The position numbers and the translations under genes are program-made. From NCBI GenBank assembly GCA_049322255.1, contig JBMORE010000135.1, positions 62,001-82,958 on the forward strand: a DNA stretch of 20,958 bases, given 5' to 3'. This DNA is from Myxococcota bacterium. GTDB taxonomy: Bacteria; Myxococcota; Myxococcia; Myxococcales; Myxococcaceae. Position 1 is the first letter of the stretch, and each line of letters opens with the position of its first letter. Shown here piece after piece: positions 17,207 through 20,958 of the stretch. Below the pieces are notes generated by a model. It saw nothing but the letters and a program-made list of their open reading frames with translations, was not told where the DNA came from and searched no databases.

Positions 17207-18187
17207 TCAGCGCTCGACAACCTGAGCGTCACCTGCTCGGCGAAGGAGGAGCGCGAAGAAGAGCTGGGCGAACCCGCCGCGCGAAGTGCGGTTGGGGAAC
17301 GAGGGAGCACCGATGGCCGGGAACTCGAAGCGAAAGAATCGAGTGAGAAAAGGATGGCGGGCCTCGAGCTCTTCTCGAGGGTGGGCGAGCACCGGGAGCG
17401 AGGGCACCCAGCGGCGAAGGCGCATCACGTCGGGGTAGGAGGCCACCTGCAGCGTCAAGTCCATCTCCAACAGCTCGGCCAAGGGAACGCGCTCGTACGA
17501 CAAGCCCAGGTTCCGCGCCGCCGCTTCGAGATGGCCGAAATGAATGGAGTGCTCGACGTGGCGGCCTCTGACGAAAGCGCCGCCCAGGTCCACCGGAGCC
17601 GCGGGGAAGTCGCCGCCGAACTCGGTGAGGACCGCCGTCGAGCCGGGGGCGAGCGTCCGCGCCAGCTCTTCGACCAGGTGGAGCGCTCCCACATTGAGCA
17701 GCTGGGCGTCTGCGAGGTCGAGCCCGTAACGGGCGACGAGCTGGAGCGATTCAGCTTCGCCGACGTCGGCGACCCTCAGGTCGGCGAGGACTTCGTTGGC
17801 GAGGAAGAGCCCCTCGAGAGCGCCAGAGCGAAAAGGCAATTGCTCGGCATGCGCCGCGAGGGCGAACGCTCCGGGAACTTGGGTGCGCTGCAAGGCGAGG
17901 AGAAGCGGAGACAGCTCGAGGAAAGTGTGAGTGAAGGAACGGCCTTCCGCGGCCGCTGCCTCGTGCATCGCTGCGGCGACGAAGCCTGCTCCCGCGCCCA
18001 GCTCGAAGACGGCGTCACGCACCAGCCCGCGCTTCGTCAGCGCCGTGTACAGCGCGGCGCCGTAGCTTCTTCCGCCCAACGCCGGGTGTGGGCGGCGGAA
18101 GAGATGGGAGATGGTCGTCTCCAGCTCGTCGAAGCGCGTGCGTGGCGAGGTGCGGTCGCGACGGTAAGTACGGGCGGGGTCCTTCAT
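17207..18187 (-). CDS. Class I SAM-dependent methyltransferase (MidA/NDUFAF7-like motifs)
   Basis: Start ATG 18187 overlaps the mutY stop (ATGA). VFELGAGAG (motif I), FLELSPLL...QR, and LFLANEVLADL are present; 326 aa. Confidence 0.75.
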   Translation of the reverse strand: MKDPARTYRRDRTSPRTRFDELETTISHLFRRPHPALGGRSYGAALYTALTKRGLVRDAVFELGAGAGFVAAAMHEAAAAEGRSFTHTFLELSPLLLALQRTQVPGAFALAAHAEQLPFRSGALEGLFLANEVLADLRVADVGEAESLQLVARYGLDLADAQLLNVGALHLVEELARTLAPGSTAVLTEFGGDFPAAPVDLGGAFVRGRHVEHSIHFGHLEAAARNLGLSYERVPLAELLEMDLTLQVASYPDVMRLRRWVPSLPVLAHPREELEARHPFLTRFFRFEFPAIGAPSFPNRTSRGGFAQLFFALLLRRAGDAQVVER

Positions 18188-19230
18188 CGACGCGCGGCAG
18201 CCTCGAGGGCGCACTGCATCGCGGCGCTCATGCCGAGCTCGCGCGCCTGCGCGGGCGTCGCCCAGCGAAAATCGCGGTAGGCCTCGCTGCGCGAGGGCAC
18301 GCGCGCGCCCGCTACCTCGAACAAGCGCAATGTCAAATCTCGGTGGGTGAGGGTGCGTTTCACCGTGCCCAGCTCGTCGCCCACCCGCAGCCGGCCTCCC
18401 AGCGCGGCCCGTAAGGCGGTCGACGGCTCGGTCCCCGCGCGAAGCTCGGTCGAGGGTAGCTCCCACAGCCCTCCGAAGAGCCCTTTGCTCTCGCGGCGCC
18501 CGAAGAGGAAAGCGCCGTTCTTTCTCCACACCGCCACCGCCAGCGCGAGCGGTTTGCGCGGGGGCCGAATTCGCTTGGGAGGAAGCTCCTCCACTCTGCC
18601 AGCGGCGAGCGCCGCGCAGTGGGCGCGCAAGGGGCACAGCAAACAAGAGGGAGACTCGACGCGGCAGACCAGCGCCCCCAGCTCCATCAGCGCCTGGTTG
18701 AAGTCGCCCGGCCGCGGCCCGCGTACCAGTTGGCCGGCGAGCTCCCACAACCGGGCCTCACGTGCCTTGTCTCCCGGAGCTCCCTTCACCACGAAGAGCC
18801 GGGAGAGCACCCGGGCGACGTTCCCGTCGACCAGAGGTGCCTCTTCGCCAAAAGCAATCGACGCCACCGCTCCCGCGGTGTAGGGGCCGAAGCCGGGAAG
18901 ACGCCTCAGCTCGGCCGCGGTGGGGGGAAGCTGGCCGCCGTGATGCGACACCACTTCCTGCGCGGCGCGGTGAAGCGCTCGGGCGCGCGAGTAGTAACCC
19001 AGCCCGCGCCAGAGCGAGAGCACCTCATCGAGCGGTGCGGCGGCGAGCGCTTCGACGTCGGCGAAGCGCGCCATGAAGCGCTGGAAGTAGGGAATGACGG
19101 TGGTCACCTGCGTTTGCTGGAGCATCACCTCGCTCACCCAGACGGCGTACGGGTCTTTCGTTCGTCGCCAGGGCAGGTCGCGCCGCTCGCGGTCGAACCA
19201 GGCGAGGAGCGCGCGGCGCAGCGCCTTCAC
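18184..19230 (-). CDS. mutY: A/G-specific adenine DNA glycosylase
   Basis: RDLPWR, VWVSEVMLQQT, WRGLGYYSRAR, HhH LPGFGPYTAGAVASIAF, VDGNVARV, 4Fe-4S motif C-x6-C-x2-C-x5-C, and GLWELP. GTG 19230 has a GGAGG RBS and overlaps the SDR stop. Confidence 0.96.
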   Translation of the reverse strand: MKALRRALLAWFDRERRDLPWRRTKDPYAVWVSEVMLQQTQVTTVIPYFQRFMARFADVEALAAAPLDEVLSLWRGLGYYSRARALHRAAQEVVSHHGGQLPPTAAELRRLPGFGPYTAGAVASIAFGEEAPLVDGNVARVLSRLFVVKGAPGDKAREARLWELAGQLVRGPRPGDFNQALMELGALVCRVESPSCLLCPLRAHCAALAAGRVEELPPKRIRPPRKPLALAVAVWRKNGAFLFGRRESKGLFGGLWELPSTELRAGTEPSTALRAALGGRLRVGDELGTVKRTLTHRDLTLRLFEVAGARVPSRSEAYRDFRWATPAQARELGMSAAMQCALEAAARR

Positions 19231-20039
19231 GGCTCCTCCGTGGGCCGACCCACCCAACGGCGCGCGACGCGGTCGAACAGCTTGGGGGACAGGCGGTTGC
19301 CGTACACCATCGCTCGGCCCTCGAGGGTGAGCACGGTGTCGCGCTTGCCGGTGCGGCTGGCGTGCACGATGGCGTCGGCGACCGCTTCGGCGCTCATGCC
19401 CTTGAAGGGGACCTTCTCCAGCTTGTAGCCCTCGGCGTTGAGCCGCTTGTCTCGGAACTCGGTCTGGGTGACTCCGGGCGAGACGAGCAAGACACCGATG
19501 CCCTCGGAAGAAAGCTCGGTGCGCAGCGACTCGGTGAGCGAATTCACGGCCGCCTTGGAGGCACCGTACGCCCCGAGCAGCGGCAGCCCGCGGTGTCCCA
19601 GCACCGAGCTGATGTTGACGACCCGCGCTCCAGGCCGGCGCCGCAAGAGCGGCAGCGCCGCGCGGGTGACCCGCATCAGGCCGAAGACGTTCACCTCGAA
19701 GACGCGGCGGAGCAGCTCGTCGCCGATCTTCTCCAGCGGCCCATAGGAGCCGACCCCCGCGTTGTTCAAGAGCACGTCGACGGCGGCGAAGGCTTCGCCC
19801 GCGCGCTCAACCAGGTGCTGCACATCCTCCTCGCGGGTGACATCGCAGGGCACCGGGAGGGAGCGGCGGCCCAGGCGTTCCACCTCCTGCGCGACCTTCA
19901 GCAGCCGGTCCTGTCGGCGCGCAGCCAGCACGAGGTCGGCGCCGTCTCGGGCAAACGCCAGCGCGGCGGCGCAGCCGATGCCGCTGGAGGCGCCGGTGAC
20001 CAGCACCACCTTGCCTTCGTGCGCTCTGGGTCGGCCCAT
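19227..20039 (-). CDS. Short-chain dehydrogenase/reductase
   Basis: VTGASSGIG, LLNNAG, VNISS, and catalytic YGASK. Confidence 0.93.
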   Translation of the reverse strand: MGRPRAHEGKVVLVTGASSGIGCAAALAFARDGADLVLAARRQDRLLKVAQEVERLGRRSLPVPCDVTREEDVQHLVERAGEAFAAVDVLLNNAGVGSYGPLEKIGDELLRRVFEVNVFGLMRVTRAALPLLRRRPGARVVNISSVLGHRGLPLLGAYGASKAAVNSLTESLRTELSSEGIGVLLVSPGVTQTEFRDKRLNAEGYKLEKVPFKGMSAEAVADAIVHASRTGKRDTVLTLEGRAMVYGNRLSPKLFDRVARRWVGRPTEEP

Positions 20040-20061
20040 GAGGCCGCCGACTCTACCCGAG

Positions 20062-20577
20062 TCAGGACTGTTCGCCCGCCAGTCTGTCGCGCACCGCCTC
20101 GAGGAAGGCCTGGGTCTCGGTCAGGTCTCGAATCAACCCCGGGTGCACGGCGCGCAAGGCGTTCGCCAGCTGAAGGAGACGGGAGGCGTCGAGGCTCACC
20201 GCATAGGCGTTTCGGAGGAAGTGGCGGAAACGTCGAAGCTGCGACAGCTCCGGCAGACGCTCGGGGGCCACGAGCGCTGGGCGCAGAGGGTCGAGCGGTG
20301 CAGCGACGTGCGCCAGGAGAGCGACGTGCCAATCAGGCCCGGGCGGCAGGGCGCCTTCCAAAATGCGCACTACGCGCGACAGAGCCGTCTCCAGCGCCGT
20401 GTAGTAGTGGTGCAGAGACAGCGCCAGAACGGTCGCCACACCGGTGTCAGGTTTCCCTTCGAGCTTCGTCCGGCATTGCTCGGCTTGCTGGGCGTGCTGC
20501 TCCATCGACTCTCGGTCGCGGCGCAGGTCGCGCAGCACCCGCAAAAGCCCGGCGTAGCTGAGCTCTTCAGCGGTCAA
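20062..20577 (-). CDS. HEPN-domain (HepT-like) toxin
   Basis: LHHYYTALE, G..P.GPDWH..LL, RPALV, and LRRFRHFLRNAY...LD. Inferred TTG start at 20577 overlaps the upstream stop and has a GGAGG RBS; 171 aa. Confidence 0.8.
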   Translation of the reverse strand: MTAEELSYAGLLRVLRDLRRDRESMEQHAQQAEQCRTKLEGKPDTGVATVLALSLHHYYTALETALSRVVRILEGALPPGPDWHVALLAHVAAPLDPLRPALVAPERLPELSQLRRFRHFLRNAYAVSLDASRLLQLANALRAVHPGLIRDLTETQAFLEAVRDRLAGEQS

Positions 20578-20939
20578 GCGATGAGCCTCCCCTCCGTTTC
20601 GACCGCGCGCCGAAACGAGGGCGCAAGCTCTTCCCACAGGAGAAGGTCGACCGGTGCTCCCAGAAGCTTGAGCGCTCGCTCCTCCGCCGCCGCCGCTGCG
20701 CCAGGCTCGATGCCTTCGACGACCAGATCGACATCGCTCTGCTCGGTGAACCAAGGAGCGTCCAGCGAGCCCATCAGCGCGACGCGACGCGCGCCAAACT
20801 CTTCACGCAGCATCCGAGCGACCTGTGGGAGGCGCGCATGAAGCTCGGACCGCCGAGCCTCGCGTGCCTGAAGCCGACGTTCGGCCGCGTGGACGAGGTG
20901 CGCGACTGCATGTTGGACATGCTCTTTCGTGAACGGCAC
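20574..20939 (-). CDS. Minimal nucleotidyltransferase antitoxin (MntA-like)
   Basis: FGARRVALMGS-x9-SDVDLVVEG and PVDLL; 121 aa; directly upstream of the HEPN gene. Confidence 0.88.
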   Translation of the reverse strand: MPFTKEHVQHAVAHLVHAAERRLQAREARRSELHARLPQVARMLREEFGARRVALMGSLDAPWFTEQSDVDLVVEGIEPGAAAAAEERALKLLGAPVDLLLWEELAPSFRRAVETEGRLIA

Positions 20940-20958
20940 GGGCTCATCCTACTGCGAA

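Noticed and set aside
1..20958. CRISPR array, tRNA or rRNA genes
   Set aside because: No spaced repeats or RNA-gene signatures; the intergenic regions are short and accounted for.

Overview
GC-rich bacterial chromosomal segment, probably Myxococcota (inferred from gene content and style), with about 19 intact CDS, one pseudogene remnant and a 100-N scaffold gap. From left to right: a trxB (5'-truncated)-moaC-kynureninase-like aminotransferase run; a minus-strand cluster of a TrpC-fold protein that has lost its catalytic residues, a secreted permuted NlpC/P60 (YiiX-like) hydrolase, a 93-aa hypothetical protein and a SirB1-like protein; DUF2795 and CoA-binding genes; a frameshifted, truncated patatin remnant; a SahR-like ArsR-methyltransferase regulator coupled to metH; a lower-GC two-gene block (FGE-sulfatase-fold lipoprotein plus a ~938-aa Cys-rich lipoprotein split by an assembly gap with a 127-bp duplicated overlap); a stand-alone core/MesB-like methionine synthase; DUF2934; an SDR-mutY-methyltransferase operon; and an MNT-HEPN toxin-antitoxin pair. 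The best leads are the pseudo-TrpC operon, the sahR-metH...mesB-like arrangement and the lipoprotein pair inserted between the two methionine synthase genes. All family calls come from motif recognition by eye; no searches were run.
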